64,000 nt of DNA, taken from the NCBI GenBank assembly GCA_051294375.1, contig CM119266.1, forward strand, positions 18,958,087-19,022,086. The letters run 5' to 3'. Below, one piece after another: positions 41,044 to 55,260 of this stretch. The notes below the pieces were generated by a model, which worked only from the letters and a program-made list of their open reading frames with translations, was not told the origin of the DNA and made no database searches. The translations under genes and the position numbers were made by a program. The stretch is from Paraspadella gotoi. Its lineage: Eukaryota > Animalia > Chaetognatha. Numbering within the stretch: the first letter of the stretch is position 1; each line of letters begins with the position of its first letter.

Positions 41044-44000
41044 GAAGAGGAAGTAGAGAGAGGAGAGATGCAAGAGAGAGAGAGAGAGGAGCGTGACCGG
41101 AAAAAAAAGGAAAAAAAGAATTAAAAACGGTCTCTCTCTCTCTCCTCGGCTCTCTCTTTCTCTCTATCTCGTAAACGGCGATCCACAGTGATCTTTTTTC
41201 TGGGGTGTCTTTTTTTTTGTGTTGGTGTGCGTGTGTGGGTGTGCGCATGGACCCCGAGGCCAAAGGGTCTTGGTGGTTCGATACTGCTGACCTCGATTTG
41301 CGCGCGGCGGGAAAATCTCGTGGCCCCGGGTCGGAGGTCACGTGATCCCCCGATGGTTCGCGTGCGGTCTTCGCGGCATGAACTCTTGACCGACGAGGAG
41401 CACGTGAGCAAGAATGCTGAGGCTCCGAGGGATGAGGGGCGGAGTGAGTGGAGTGAGAATGGGGGTCGAAGAGAGATCGGTGTGATCGGTGAGCGGCGGC
41501 GAGCGGCGGCGCATTTGAGTGTCGCAAAGGAGGAGAAAACAAATGTGTTTTACAACAACGAAGCGTCTGTACTTCATCACAATACACCAGCATACCGGCT
41601 ACATCATGATCCAGACTTTTTGTCTTAAGTGAGTTTGAATCAAGTCGGCAGTGCCGATCACGACTCCATGGTTCACCTCAACTCAACTAAGACACTCGAG
41701 TATTTCAAAATTCCATTCCAAATCATATCGTAAGGAGTTTTCGCGTTAACGGAGAGACCGAAAGATAATGGAAAAATAAAAAAGTTACAAAAAGTTTTTG
41801 TTTTTAAGATGGAAACTCGCGTCAACAAAAAAAAAAAAAAATCTTGGCCGTTTTATTCCGATACTGCATGGACACAGCACGCGAACGTGCAGGGCGAGTC
41901 ACCTTTTTCAACGACGATAAACTTTGTGATGCCCAGTTCACACACACCTTTGCCCAGGAAAAAATGTTGGCGCCTAGAACCGAAGGGAAAATGCACGAAG
42001 GCCGACGCCCTGGCGGCACGCCCACGCGCTTTAACGGAGAGATAATGAAATGGCTCATCTCATCAAGTTGCCTACAAAAGAAATTCAATTTTCATAAAAT
42101 ATATATTGGGAGGAAGTTATTATTTTCTCGGACCAATTTTGAAAAAGATCATTCAGGTTTCATCGAAGAATCAGAGAGAAAAAAAATTTTTAAGTGGAAA
42201 GTCCATATCATTTTTGGAGAGCGAGCGAAAGAGAGCTGAGGCGGAGAGAGGAGAAAGGATGGCGGAGAGAGAAGAGAGGAGCGAGAGAGAGGAGGCAGCG
42301 AGAGAGAGAGAGGAGAAAGGGCAGAGAGGAGAGGCCAGGAGCGGAGAGAGAGAGAGGTAGCCAGAGAGATGAGTCAGAGAAGGTGGCGACTGGCAAAACG
42401 GAAGGGAAAAACTTCGAGGTCAGAAAGACTTTCGGATTTCTGGCCGGGCAAAAGAAGGTAGGATTTTATGAGGAGAAAATCTAGATACAGGGTGCGCGAA
42501 GGAAGGGGAAGGAAAAAGGGAGGCAGAGGAAAAGGAAAAAGGGAAGGAGGAAAAGGAGGCGAGGAATGAGGAAAAGAGGAGGAGTAGGAGAAAGGGTATA
42601 GAGAAAGGGAGGAAAAAAGAGGAAAGAGGAAATGGGAGGAGAAGGAGGAAAAAGGGAGGTGAGAAAGGAGGAGAAAAGAAAGGGAGGAAAAAGGGAAACA
42701 AAAGGAAGGGAGAGGAGAAAAAAGAGAAGGGAAAGGAAGAGAAAAAGGAAGAGGAAGGGAGGAAAAAGTGGGGAAGTGCTGAGCAAAAAGAAGGCAAAGG
42801 AAGGAAGAAAAGGGAGGAAAAGGAGGAAAAAGGGAGGCAGTAAGGGAGAGAAAGCTGAGGAGAAAGGAGAAAAAAGGGAAGGAGGAAGGAGGAAAAGGGG
42901 AGAAAGAGGAGAAAGAGAGGAGAAAGGAAAGGAGATCAACGTATATAAACGAGAGGAGTTTGGAAACAGTAATGAAATAATAAGCTGCGTCAAGAAAGGG
43001 GTAGAAATTGTTGGAAAGAAACGAGCGTCAGGGGGCGGTGACGACGAGATGAAAGGAATGATACGACAGATTTAAAACGAAATCGGTTTTGTTAATTTAT
43101 TAACTTGTGCCGTTTTGTTAATATTGTTTTTACATTTAATAAAAAATCGGGCCTTTTGTTAAAAACTGGGAGACCTTAAATTAAAAGTGGCGAAATGGGA
43201 AAAAACTTTCATACGGCAATATCCAGGTCGATAATAAGACAAAAGCAATTTCTCTTCTCCGTCTCGTCGACTCTCTCTCTCTCTCTCAATCTTCCTCTCG
43301 TTCTCTGCTCTCTCCTGCTCTTTCTCTCTCTGTATGACCTACATTTAGTTTTTATAAGCGACAAGGACGACGAAGTGCAAATGGTTTACTGTTGTTTGTT
43401 GTCAGGTTGTCAGTAACTGCGGCCCTCGAGAACGAGGCCGAAGGAGAACGGGGCATCGCGCCAGAGTGAGACGAACGATCTAGGAAACGATTAGCGACTT
43501 ACTAAAAAAAAAAAGAACATGCTGAAGTAAGTAATGTTATGTATTCGGAACTAGATAGTCGATTCGCTTTAAGTTTTTATTATTATTAATTTTATTATTA
43601 TTATTGATTATTATTATTGATTATATATTATTGTATTATCAATCATGCATTTTTATGGAGATGTTTTCGATGAGGTTATAGACTATTCTAAATTGCGATC
43701 ATTTGGAAGGAGAAGGTTTCGGCTTAGATTTCTACCATTTTTTAAATCAGCTTCGATTCGAAACTAGGCGCACGAAGCGTCAGCAGTGTTGGCGACAACT
43801 CGACATGCAAACGGACGGACCGCATCTCTTCTCTCTGGTGATCGTTCATCTCTCTCGGTCTCTTCTCTCACCCCGCCGCGTCATCTCTGTCTCTCTCCTC
43901 TTCTCTCTCTTTCTGTCTCCGTTTCGTAGTTTTCAAATTCTTATTATCTGCTCCTTCCCCTCCCCGTATTTCAGATCGTCATGTAACTTTTGATTCTAAG

Positions 44001-45427
44001 TCCTCTTTAGGCTAGCTTACAATCGTGACAATTTGAAATCGCCGCCGCTATCCAAAAATTTACACAGACTTATACGAACACGTTTTACACCTAAGTTTTT
44101 TAATGATAAATTTTATGATATCTGATTTTATGTTTGAGTTGCGTATGAGGCGAATTGAGCTTTAAAAATAAAGGAAATTAGGGCTTGAATTTTATGTTAT
44201 TATGTTCAGGAATATTGATTACATTTCCTAAAAGATTTATTAATATACCTTGCCATTATCTATGATAGTTATATTTGTATATATTTGACTGGGCCCTAAG
44301 AAGAATACGTTTTATGGTAAGAATTGGAAATATATCAAATATAAGCTTTTTAAGGGCTTACAGATGATATCAATATTAATTGCCTATTTTTTTTAAATCG
44401 TCTAAAGTGAGACCAAATATTCATTCAAAAACATTCAGATATCGACCAGAAGATCATTGTCCAGTAAATCTTTTATCTTCAACTGTTTAAGTAAAAGTAA
44501 CGAGGAAATGAATTATATAAAAATAATTATATGGCTTTGTATTTATGAATCAGTTTTCAAAATGTTAATATTGTATCGGCGGGTTTCAAATGGTCACATG
44601 AATGTCTCATGACCTGATTCGATCCACTACTCGACCGAATCCTCCATGTCCGCTGAGGCTCTAGTCATGGCTCACTCTTCGTCGTGACGCGACTCTCAAT
44701 CCTGCGCAGCTCTTTTTCAACCTCATATCGTGAGCAGCAAATGTAGAGAAAAAAAAGGGGAACTTAGTCACTCTTTGCAGAAACTTGCGGTTTGAGTTCC
44801 TTTCGGTTTTGCGGTGAACAATGAAAACGAACAATTTTTGAACATCGGCATATTTGAGATGGGAATTCCTTATTAACATATTAATATTTATCTAGTGTAT
44901 CGGACTAAAATGTTAACTTGCGAAACTTGGTGGCATTCCTTAAAATTTTAAATCCATCAACATCGGACGAAATCAATTATTTTTGCTTGCAATCTTCGTT
45001 TTCATTCGATTATCGTGTTCTACCGTCAATCCGACTTCCGGTTTCTTAGAAAACTTTTCTTTTCCTTTCGAATCAATTCCTCACCTTTTTTTTTGCCATG
45101 TTCCATTTTCTCTACCTCAATTACGTTCGGCTCGTTCGTTTCCGTTTTTCAGGCCTTTCTCATGTCTCTTTCTCCATGTCTTCGGGCTTCATTCTTTCTC
45201 AATCTTCTCTCCATTGTCCTCTTTTCCAATGTCTTGGCAGCGCCGCGTTTCATTCACTCTCATCCTTTACTCATGTCTCCTTGTCTTCATTTTCGCAGCC
45301 GTTCATTCCATTATCTCATCCTTTCTCCATGTCTCTTTTCCATGTGCTTCGCCCGTTCATTCCATTTCTCAGTCTTCTCTCCATGTCTCCTTTCTCATGT
45401 CTTCGCACCGTTCATTTCATTTCTCAG
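29510..45427 (-). repeat. Right (noisy) arm of giant inverted duplication 1; probable assembly artefact
   Basis: Same sequence inverted, ~1.3 kb longer, with scattered single-base indels and insertion bursts. Ends exactly at an N gap. Confidence 0.95.
40659..40849. mobile_element. Mirror copy of the 17540-17733 MITE inside the inverted duplication
   Basis: Reverse complement of the MITE and its flanks, with indels. Not an independent insertion. Confidence 0.7.
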
Positions 45428-45452
45428 NNNNNNNNNNNNNNNNNNNNNNNNN
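45428..45452. other. Assembly gap (25 N)
   Basis: Run of 25 n. Confidence 1.
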
Positions 45453-45768
45453 TCTCTCTCTCGCTCTCTCTCTCTCTCTTTGTATATCCGGATGATCAGG
45501 AAAGAATCCTCCTAGGCTGAGATTACGAGTACTCGTAGCCTGAAACCCCCAGCGTGGCACAAAAAAGAAATGGCAGGATGTTCATCGTCAGATCCGGCGA
45601 CTTACAACTTAGTTAATAATTTTTTATTTTTAACTTTTAGCTTCAGACATTTTCCTCGTCTTCCTCTTCATCCTTATTTTTTCACCGAATTAAAAATATT
45701 CGATTTTACGAGAAAAAATTAAGCGATAAAAAAAAAATTAAGTGGAAGTTCGGGTCGACGCCGCCGCC

Positions 45769-45835
<67 letters not shown>

Positions 45836-45934
45836 CCGATCCTGACGCCAAAAACGTTTGCGGTCTCACCTTTGTGTCGTTTTGTGAACGAACTGTTACG
45901 TATTATGTAATTCTTTTTTTTTTCTTTTAGTAAA

Positions 45935-45959
45935 NNNNNNNNNNNNNNNNNNNNNNNNN
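45935..45959. other. Assembly gap (25 N)
   Basis: Run of 25 n. Confidence 1.
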
Positions 45960-48900
45960 AAAGAGGAGGAAGGGCGACAAAAAAAAAGATGAAAGGAAGA
46001 TCATCAAAAAAAAAATCCGAACATGGAAATGCGAAATCAGGATATTCTGGCGGTCTGGGGTCATTTAGTGCGTAGTAACGTCGAGTACGTCGTCGTCGTT
46101 TCGTCGTAGTCGTCCGTCGATCGTCGTAAGTTATGGAATGAGGAAAGACGTCGATAACGCTGTAATACGCAATCAAGTTTGCGTCAAGAGAACTCAAGTC
46201 GTTTTTTCGCCATCACAGAGGGAATTCGAGTTACGCATCGATTTGAATAGAAAATTGCTTACATTTGAGACTTTTTTTTTATCCAAACGTGGACGAAAGT
46301 CCGCATCAGAAGGTCGGCTTCGAATTTGGAGGGCGGCAGGAGGGGGGGGCAGAAAGGCTGAACGCAGGTTCGCTTTACCTTGGGGTTTTCATGCGCTTCG
46401 GCGTAGGCTGACAAAATCTGAACGATGAGACCCTCCAAATTAAAACAGCTTTAGAAAGAGAGAGGAGAGGAGAGAGACGCAGAGAGAGAGAGAGACGCAG
46501 AGGGAAGAGAAGATGAGATGGATGAGATAGATGTAAAAGAAGAGAGAGAAGAGAAGAGAGAAGGATATAAGATTGATGATGAAGAGAGAGACCGAGAGTG
46601 AGGAGATTGAGAGAAAGAGAGAAGAAGAGAGAGAGAGAAATTGCCTGTGTGTAAAAATTTCTTTATTTTTTGATCCTACAATAAAACATAATTTTTAAGA
46701 AAAAAAAGCAACATTTTTTACATAATTTTTAAATATGTTTTTTATAATGCGTCTGAAATTTAAAGTTAAATAAGTTGCGGCGTTATTTTTTCGCACAGGA
46801 CTAGGGTTCGGCGATATAACGCGTTAATTTTGAGGAAACTTCTCACTTAACTGTTTAAAGAACTAACGTTTTTAACGGGTTACCGTTAAAATCGGTAATA
46901 TATTTTTGTGCGTCTATATTAAATTATTATAAAATTTATGAATTATTTTAAATGATAACTCTTGAAACTAACTAAAGTATCAATATAAAATAATAAAAGT
47001 CGTCCACTTCCGTTCTCGCTAATCCGGCTGAGCTGATAATCGTCCTCTCTATCTTTTACTTTCAGATGATGAGGTAACATTATAGTTGATAAAGTTCCGC
47101 AGACAATTCGGTTTGAAAAAACAGCATTATAATAAATTTTTCTTTGCCCTCATATGCATAATAAAAATATTAAAAAACGACAATGAAAGAAAAAGCACAA
47201 TGTAATTTTATATTATGTTATATTGTTTTCTCTCTTTCTCTCTTTTTTCTTTCTTTCTTTCGTTTTCTCTTAGAAAAAAAGGGCGCCTTTTCTTATATTA
47301 TCTAGATTGTGGGTTTCTTCTCGCAGGATAATCTATTTTAATAAAGATATGTTAGAAATTAGAAAGAATATAACTAATCACCAGTTCATCTATTTTTTTC
47401 CATTTTGCTTTATGGTTAAAATAAAGATTAATTTCTTGAAAAAGCATGCTCTTTCTCGTTCGTGTATTGTCTTAAAGTTTTTCGTAAGCACCTGGCCTTG
47501 GGACCTTATAATCACCCATACCTCAATTAAAAATTATCGAATTAGGTTTGTGTTTGTTTAAGCACCGACGAACTTCTATTTTTCGTTTGGGGCTTGTATA
47601 TTATAGTTAATGCTGTTGTATTTAAGACACAAAGTATAATATTGTTATAACACACAACGCCAGGTTTTTTATTTTAAAAAAAGGAACAATGTTTGTCGCT
47701 GCCGACGGAAAAAGCCCCGCGTGGATTGTATGATCTCAGGATTATATATATTTCCCGACGTTTGTAAAAATGTAATCGGTGTGTCCGTTGAGAAATAAAA
47801 CCCAGATTTTGTTATATAGTTTAGACACAGACGGTGGGGAGGGCTTTAAGTGTTTCTCTTAATTTATGAATATCAATTTATTAATTGACAGATGGTTGAC
47901 GATGATCGCAAAATTGAAAAAGAAAAAGGCTAAAAAATAAGAAGTGAAAATAAGAATTATTCGTATTATTTAGTTTTTATTAGCTAAAATATTAGATAAT
48001 ACTTTATTGCCATTTAAAAATTTGATTTTGCAAATAAATGTATATTACGCCATGACATATTATATTCTCAAAATATTTTTTAATGTTTTGATGGAATGTA
48101 GATTTAAAATTCTAAAATTAGGCTGAAAGGAGGAAAAAAAAGGGAAAAACATGCTCGGGAAAAATGGGAGAGAGAAGTTAATAAAAAAATAAAAATACCG
48201 TGGAAGGCGCCAAGAAAAACAAAAAAATGATAATAGATTAGGACTAAAGAAAAAGATTAAAAGAGCCGATTGAAAATAAATAATGGGATAATAATAAGGT
48301 GTAATGTAGAAGACCACCGAGAGAGGGGGCGAAAATATATATTATGTTGAGTTTAAGGTGGATGATTGAGAATTAGGATAAATAAATAATTTTTTTTCTT
48401 ATAAAAAATCTAATAGTTTTTTCATAACAAAAATATTATATCTTGAAAATTAACTGCGATTATTTTAACGCTTGTTTAAATATAAATAATATTTATTATG
48501 GTTTATTGTTAATAATATTATTTTTTAAATTCCTTGTAATATATGGTTTAACTGTTATACTGGTATCTGTATACTCTACAACAGTGACTTTTGTAATAAT
48601 ATATCTATTATTAACATTTTTAGATGTTTTATCTTGATATGTATTCGCGATGCGTCTCAGAAAGGAAATCGATTATGGAAGGGCTGAGGTTGCATCCCAC
48701 AAGTTCTATTATTAATTACATATATATTTGTTCAACCCCAGGAAATATGTTCACCGGGCCCCGGGGGGAAAGAAGAAATTTTAGCGTCGTATTTCGGCTT
48801 ATACGTTTCGCAATTCGAAACAATTTTGGGCCCCCGGGATTGTAAAACCATTGGATATGGAATCATAGCGGTTTGGCTCACCCCCGAATTGTATTGAGGC

Positions 48901-49075
48901 CAACCCGAATTGGAAATTTTACAGGAGGCCATTCTAGAAAGGTTTTGTAGATGATTCATCATATTTTCTTGATGATTTCCCAAAGTAAGCCAAAATTGTT
49001 CGATCGTAAAAACGATGATACGACGGAGAGCTGAGTCGAGAGCAGCTTCCCCGTCGCGTTGGCGCTACTATCACA
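45960..49075 (-). repeat. Noisy arm of inverted duplication 2; probable assembly artefact
   Basis: Reverse complement of ~49300-51808, e.g. 48962-49075 vs 49301-49413 and 45971-46065 vs 51738-51808. About 3.1 kb versus 2.5 kb because of insertions. Begins exactly at an N gap. Confidence 0.92.
46802..48579. mobile_element. Noisy mirror copy of the hAT-like element inside the second inverted duplication
   Basis: CACAGGAC|TAGGGTTCGG at ~46794-46811 mirrors 51058-51075. The interior is insertion-rich and the far end is approximate. Confidence 0.6.
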
Positions 49076-49605
49076 ATACGACACAAACAACATTGGCGAG
49101 AATTGAGCCTGGTGTCGCGAGACGAGGGAGAGCGAGAGAGCGACTTACGATGATGGAGAAGAAGAGGAGAGAGAGAAAACGGAGAGAGAGAGAGGAGAGG
49201 ATGAGATGAGAGAGAGAGAGAAAGAGAGAAAAGAGAGAGAGATATGAACTTTCACGAGGAAGGCTCGTTGAGCGCACAATGTCTCTCTCTCTCTCACTCA
49301 GGTGGTGATGATAGTAGGCCAACGGACGGGGGAAGTCTCTCGACTCAGCTCCCGGTCCGATCATCGTTTTACCATCGAAAATTTTGGCTACTTTGGAAAT
49401 CATCAAGAAAAATAGAATGAAATAAAAAACCTAAATTGGCGAAAATGTAACATACAACGTGCGTACATGCGTACATGCGAACATGCGAATCGACCTCTTT
49501 TCTTTGAATTTTGTAAATTGGGGATAATAGTTCATATCGATTTCGTTCTAGACATCAATACATATCTACATCTAAAAATGTTATATAGATTTTTACAGTC
49601 CTGTG

Positions 49606-51067
49606 TAGAGTTCCGATAACCGTTAACAGTTAACGGTTATTAACGGTTAAAAAATAAATTTTAACTTTAACGTTAATTATATTTTTTTAAACGGTTAAAT
49701 TCGGTTATTTCATCAAGTATATAGATTTTGTTATGAAAACTCTATTTTTTTTTTTGATTTGTTTAAGAAAAATTTTTTTTTTTCCTTATCTCTCGCTTCC
49801 GTCTCCAGTTTCTCACGTATAGCTCTTCCTCCCTCCCTCTCTGTTTTCTCAACATTTCTCCTTTTTTTCCTTTTTTTTCTATTCATCATTTTCATAACCC
49901 CCTTTTGAATCTTTTTCTAAGATCCTAATCTATTATCATTTTTTTTTTCTGCCCTTCCGGATGGTTATTTTTTTTACTTACGTTCTCTCCAAGTTTCCGG
50001 TTTTTCGCACTTTTTTTTTCTCCTTTCAGCTAATCTTTATAGACATTTAATCTCCACAAAAATTTCAAAATATTTTGACAATATAATATGCATCTGGCAT
50101 ATAATTTTTTTTTGCAAATCAATTTTACATGCAATAATATTCTTATTTGCTAATAAAAAAATTAATACTTTTTTATTTTAACTTTTTTTTCAGCGTTTTC
50201 TTTTTCCAATTTTGCATTCAGGTCGTCAACCATTTCAATTTAATAAATTGAATGATTATTCATAATTAAGGAAACAAAGTTTATTTTTTGTTTACCAAGA
50301 CAAACGGTTTTTTTATAATTCCAAACAAACGGACAATGTTTCGACATCTCTAGTTTTTCCGAAGTCTACATAGCGCGTGAGAGACGAAACATGTCCTTTT
50401 TTTTTTAAAAAAATAAAAACCTGTGTTTGTAAACAAATTAAACTTTGCTTTCACTAATATAAAACGAAACGAAATAAAGTCTTAACACAATATTCATAAG
50501 ATTATTATATTTGATTGGTCATGGTCTTTATGAGAAGACTAACAGAGAAAACTGGCTTTCACAAGAACTAGAAGTACTACAAATTTATATGATGAGGAAG
50601 AAACATAACAACTATAAAAACGAGAAATAGAAAAGAAAAAGCCGAAAAACGAAAGAAAGAAAGGAAAAAGAACGAGAAAGAGGAAAACAATATACATAGA
50701 TTAAAATTACCATTGTGCTTTCTTCTTTCATTGTCTTTTTTAATATTTTTTATTATGGCGTATCTGTAAGGCTAAAAGAAAAATTTATATAAGCGTTTAA
50801 ACTAATTTTCTTCATTTATCATAACTATTAATGTGTTTACCTCATTATCTGAAAATAATAAAAGATAAAGAATCGGATTTCAGAGACTCAGTATGCCCGG
50901 AGTTAAGTGAGAAAATACCATTAAAATACTTTAGTTAGTTTTTCAAATATAATATTTTAAATAAAATTAAATATAAAATTAACCGATTTTAACGGGTTAA
51001 ACCGTAAAAACGTTAGTTTTAACAGTTAAGCGAAGTTCCTCAAAAATTAACGGTTAACGGAACCCTA
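49606..51067. mobile_element. Non-autonomous hAT-like DNA transposon (1462 bp)
   Basis: TIRs TAGAGTTCCGATAACCGTTAA and TTAACGGTTAACGGAACCCTA match 19/21. Perfect 8-bp TSD GTCCTGTG at 49598-49605 and 51068-51075. Many subterminal AACGGTT/AACCGT motifs. No transposase ORF. Confidence 0.85.
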
Positions 51068-51210
51068 GTCCTGTGGAAAAAAAAACGCGCAACTTTTTAA
51101 CTTTAAATTCCAGACGCTTTATAAAAACATATTTAAAAATTATGTAAAAAATGTTTGTTTTTTTTTAAATTTGTAAGACAAAAAATAAAGAAAATTGCAC
51201 ACAGGCAATT

Positions 51211-51319
<109 letters not shown>

Positions 51320-51620
51320 CTCTCTCCTTTCTCTCTCTTTCAAAAGCTGATTTGGAGGGTCTCATCGTCAGATTTTGTGAGCCTACGCGAAGGATGAACC
51401 CAAATTTGTAAAGCGAACCTGCTTCAGCCTTTCTGCCCCCCCTCCTGCCCCCAAATTCGAAACGCTTCCGATCGGAACTTCGTCACGTTTGGATAAAAAA
51501 AAAAGCCAAATTAGGATTTTCTTCAAATCGATGCGTAATCGAATCCCTCTGGTGGCGAAAAACGACTTGAGTCTCTTTGACGCAAACGATTGCATTAAGC
51601 GACGCTTTCCTCATTCAAAC

Positions 51621-51738
<118 letters not shown>

Positions 51739-52557
51739 AATGACGACCGCGATATCCGATTTCGATCATTTCGGTTTTTTGATGATTTCTTTCACTTTTT
51801 TGTCGCCCAATACTTAGAAAAATTAATTTTAATGAAATAACGAAATTAAGTATAACTCATCTCTTCGATTTACATAATAAAATTAAATGTAAACTTGGGA
51901 TTTTTTACATCGCTTTAGTAATTATGCGAAAAACTACTCTAGAAGCACGGAGAATCCACATAGTGAATTGTTTTTGATTAAATTTTTTTTGTTTTGTTTG
52001 CGTCTGTCATCAGAATCTGATGCTAAAAGTGTGATTTGAGTAATTCAGTCATTTCATGGTGATACTGACGATTAGATACAAAGATATTTTTCCTCTTTTT
52101 TTAATTTGACTCTCCTTTCTCTTTTTTTTAAAGGAGTTATATCTTTTTTAGTTTTGAGATACATAGTACTCAATTTTGATATCTAAGAAATATATTTTAA
52201 GGAGGAACAACTTATATAAAACCATCTAAGAAACAAATATGAAAAGCAAGTTTTTCAAGGTGATTAATTTTGATTTTTTTTTTCTGCCCTCCCTGCCCTC
52301 TCTGCCCTCTCGCCCCTCTCTGCCCTCTCTGCCCCCTTTCTCCTCTCTGCCCTCTCTGCCCTCTTCTCAGCTCCCTCGTTATCGTGGACATCCGCCTCAA
52401 AAGCTCCGCTTCCAATAAAAAGGTAACAACATTTTATTATAATTGAGGTTTAGAAAACAATTCCTCTTTTGACAGTTTTAATACTTCTTATCTGTAATCA
52501 ACTAATCAAGAAGTCGTAACATTGATTTCGATTAAGTTGTTTGGGAATGAAATGAAT

Positions 52558-52596
<39 letters not shown>

Positions 52597-53203
52597 TTTA
52601 AGACGTATAAAAATACAAATTGTTAAATTTTATTCACGATAGCTTTTTATAAAAAAATCCAAAACCTATTTTTATTGCAAAATGCATGCAAATTTAAAGT
52701 CTAATATAGTAAAACAAGTAATCTTGTAATTTTTCATACATATATACGTATATTTACATGATTTTAAGTGTATCTAATGTATTCAAATTGCACATGCAGC
52801 ATGCATACACTTTGCATGCAAACGCGAAAATTTGCAAAGGATTTTACTAAACAGTTGTTTTATAGTCTATAAAAATACTCAATCCTATATAACTTTATTC
52901 TCAAACAAACTATAATTCCCGCCCTTTCCAGCCTTTTTGATATTTTTAATTATCAATAAATGACTTCCAAAAAGAAAGATGTATTTCATCCAACTAATAA
53001 CCAAGTAGAACAAACAGAAAGTAGTAGAACCTTGTGTTGCATTGATGCTCTGTCTTTTGGGATAGAAAATTAGTTGCTCCTTTGTTAACAAAAAATATTT
53101 CGTAAAATGTTGTGTTCGAGTCACTAATCATTTACATTATTTTTTTAGACCTTTTTAAATATTTTTTTGTATATTTTTTTTGTATTTCACTAATACCCTC
53201 TCT

Positions 53204-53298
<95 letters not shown>

Positions 53299-55260
53299 CT
53301 CTCTCTCTCTCTCCCTCTCCCCACTCACTCTCTCTCCCTCTCTCCCCATCTCGATCGTTGGTTCGCTCTTGAAGCCTTGAGTCGTGATCTGCGTTAAGTT
53401 TGTTTACTATTTGGATGTTAGTATTAGTAAGGGTTATTGTGAGTCGATGAACGAACTCCGAATTCTCGTGTAACTTTTATTTTATCAAAACCGAAATCGA
53501 GTCAGAATTTCAAAGAGATGACGACGACGACGACGACGACGAGAGAGAGACGGACAGACGGACAGACGGATAGAAAAGCGATTCACGCTCTACGCAATGA
53601 GGAAATTGCGCCCACTTCCCGTCTTAACCATTCATTTGCTAGTATATAGTGAATTAATACAACCAATATAAAATTTATATATATATATTTATTTATTTTA
53701 ATCTTTCGACGACGACGACGACGATGACGACGACAAAGGAGACGACGCGATAAAACGATAAAACTAAAAACAATTAAATCGTAAACTGAATCCAGGATAT
53801 TAGAAAATACAATTATTTTCCCAGTTGGCAAAAAAAAACATACATCACGTATTTTTATATATTTTAAAGTATGAAAACAATGTATAGTCAAAGATGGGAG
53901 AGAATCTGGAGGCAATCGACCTGCGTTTACGATTTTCGTTTCATGAAAAAATAAAAATCCGAGTACAATGAGGTTGCATCCGATTACGCACTTGATCCTT
54001 CCCTTTTTTTTTTACGAACTGTAAATTTTTTTTTCCTGATGATTGTAAACTGTTTTCTGTTTTGAATTCAACTGGTGTTTGCGGTTTTCAAAGCATCTTT
54101 TTGATGAATCGGACTCGACGCGCGGTACAACCCGAGCCGAAAAAAAAAAATTATAATTCGTTAATGATCCCAAAAATACTATGGTCGGGGTTTTTTTTTA
54201 GCGAAATAATTATAAATATAATTCATGATAATCGAGTCGAGCGGTTGATTTCGTACCGGATATCAACTTGTTTCAATCGGTGGTATTCGCTCCAAAATTC
54301 ACGGAAACGAATTATTTAAAAGTACGTGCCAATTTTTTTCCCCCTTTTAGGCCTCCCAGTTCAAACCCGCTTCAGCGCCGCCCCGAAAGTTCCCTTCGAA
54401 TATCGTACTCTCTATGTTGACAACCGGATAGAACCTCAAACTAACATCCCTCGCGAACAAAAAAAAAAACAAACAAACTAATTATTATATCTGCTCATCT
54501 TAATTCGCTTTCCGTCAGTCGACGATAAAAATATCACCAACAACAATCAACAAATACAGAGAGTACCCGTTATGTCGCCAAGTTTTTTTTTTTCGTGAAC
54601 AATAAAATCGATTTCCGGGTTAAAAATAAAAATAAAGAATCATTTTTGTCTCCCATTTTGCTTCTACATTAAAATCACAACGAAAAAAAAAAACAATAAA
54701 TGAAGTCAGAACTTTTCAAATCTTCGTCGGTCTCCGCCTAATCTACAAAAAAAAAAAAAAAAAAAAACCGCTTAAAACCTCAAACCCGATAATTTAGGAA
54801 TCAAAAAAGACTTTCGTTTAAAGTTAATCAAAAATCCAATGGGACAATTGAAATACGTATAACAAAACCGCTGTATAAAAGATAATAATAATACCAAAAA
54901 AAACAAACAAAAAAAAAAACACCCGAAGGACACTTATTTTTTTTGTTTGTTTTTTTGTTTTCTTTAAATTCTCCACAAAAAGTCTTCGCTGTCAACTTCT
55001 TGCGCCTCTTTCATGTGGATGCAGCGGCTACCGCACTTTCGTCTATCCCATTACGACTGTCTTTGTCTATTCTACGACTATCTCCTTCGGTTTTCATCGA
55101 CTCTCTCTCTATTCTCTTTTCTTTTCTTTTTCAATTTTCAACGGACGCGTCTTCTTTCACCGCGAAGCGAAGATTCGAATTTCCTCTCTTCTGTCTCTTC
55201 TGTCTCTTCTGTCTCTTCTGTCCCAACTTTCCCACTTTTTGTGGATAACCAATTGCGTCT

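Noticed and set aside
49221-49296. Possible SMRTbell adapter remnant (AAAAGAGAGAGAGAT ... TCTCTCTC) at the apex of fold-back 2
   Set aside because: The diagnostic CAACAACAACGGAGGAGGAGG loop is not recognisable and GA repeats are ubiquitous here.
52285-52362. Collagen-like GQR repeats on the - strand
   Set aside because: A short 9-bp tandem repeat (CTCTCTGCC) running into AT-rich sequence, with no supporting exons.
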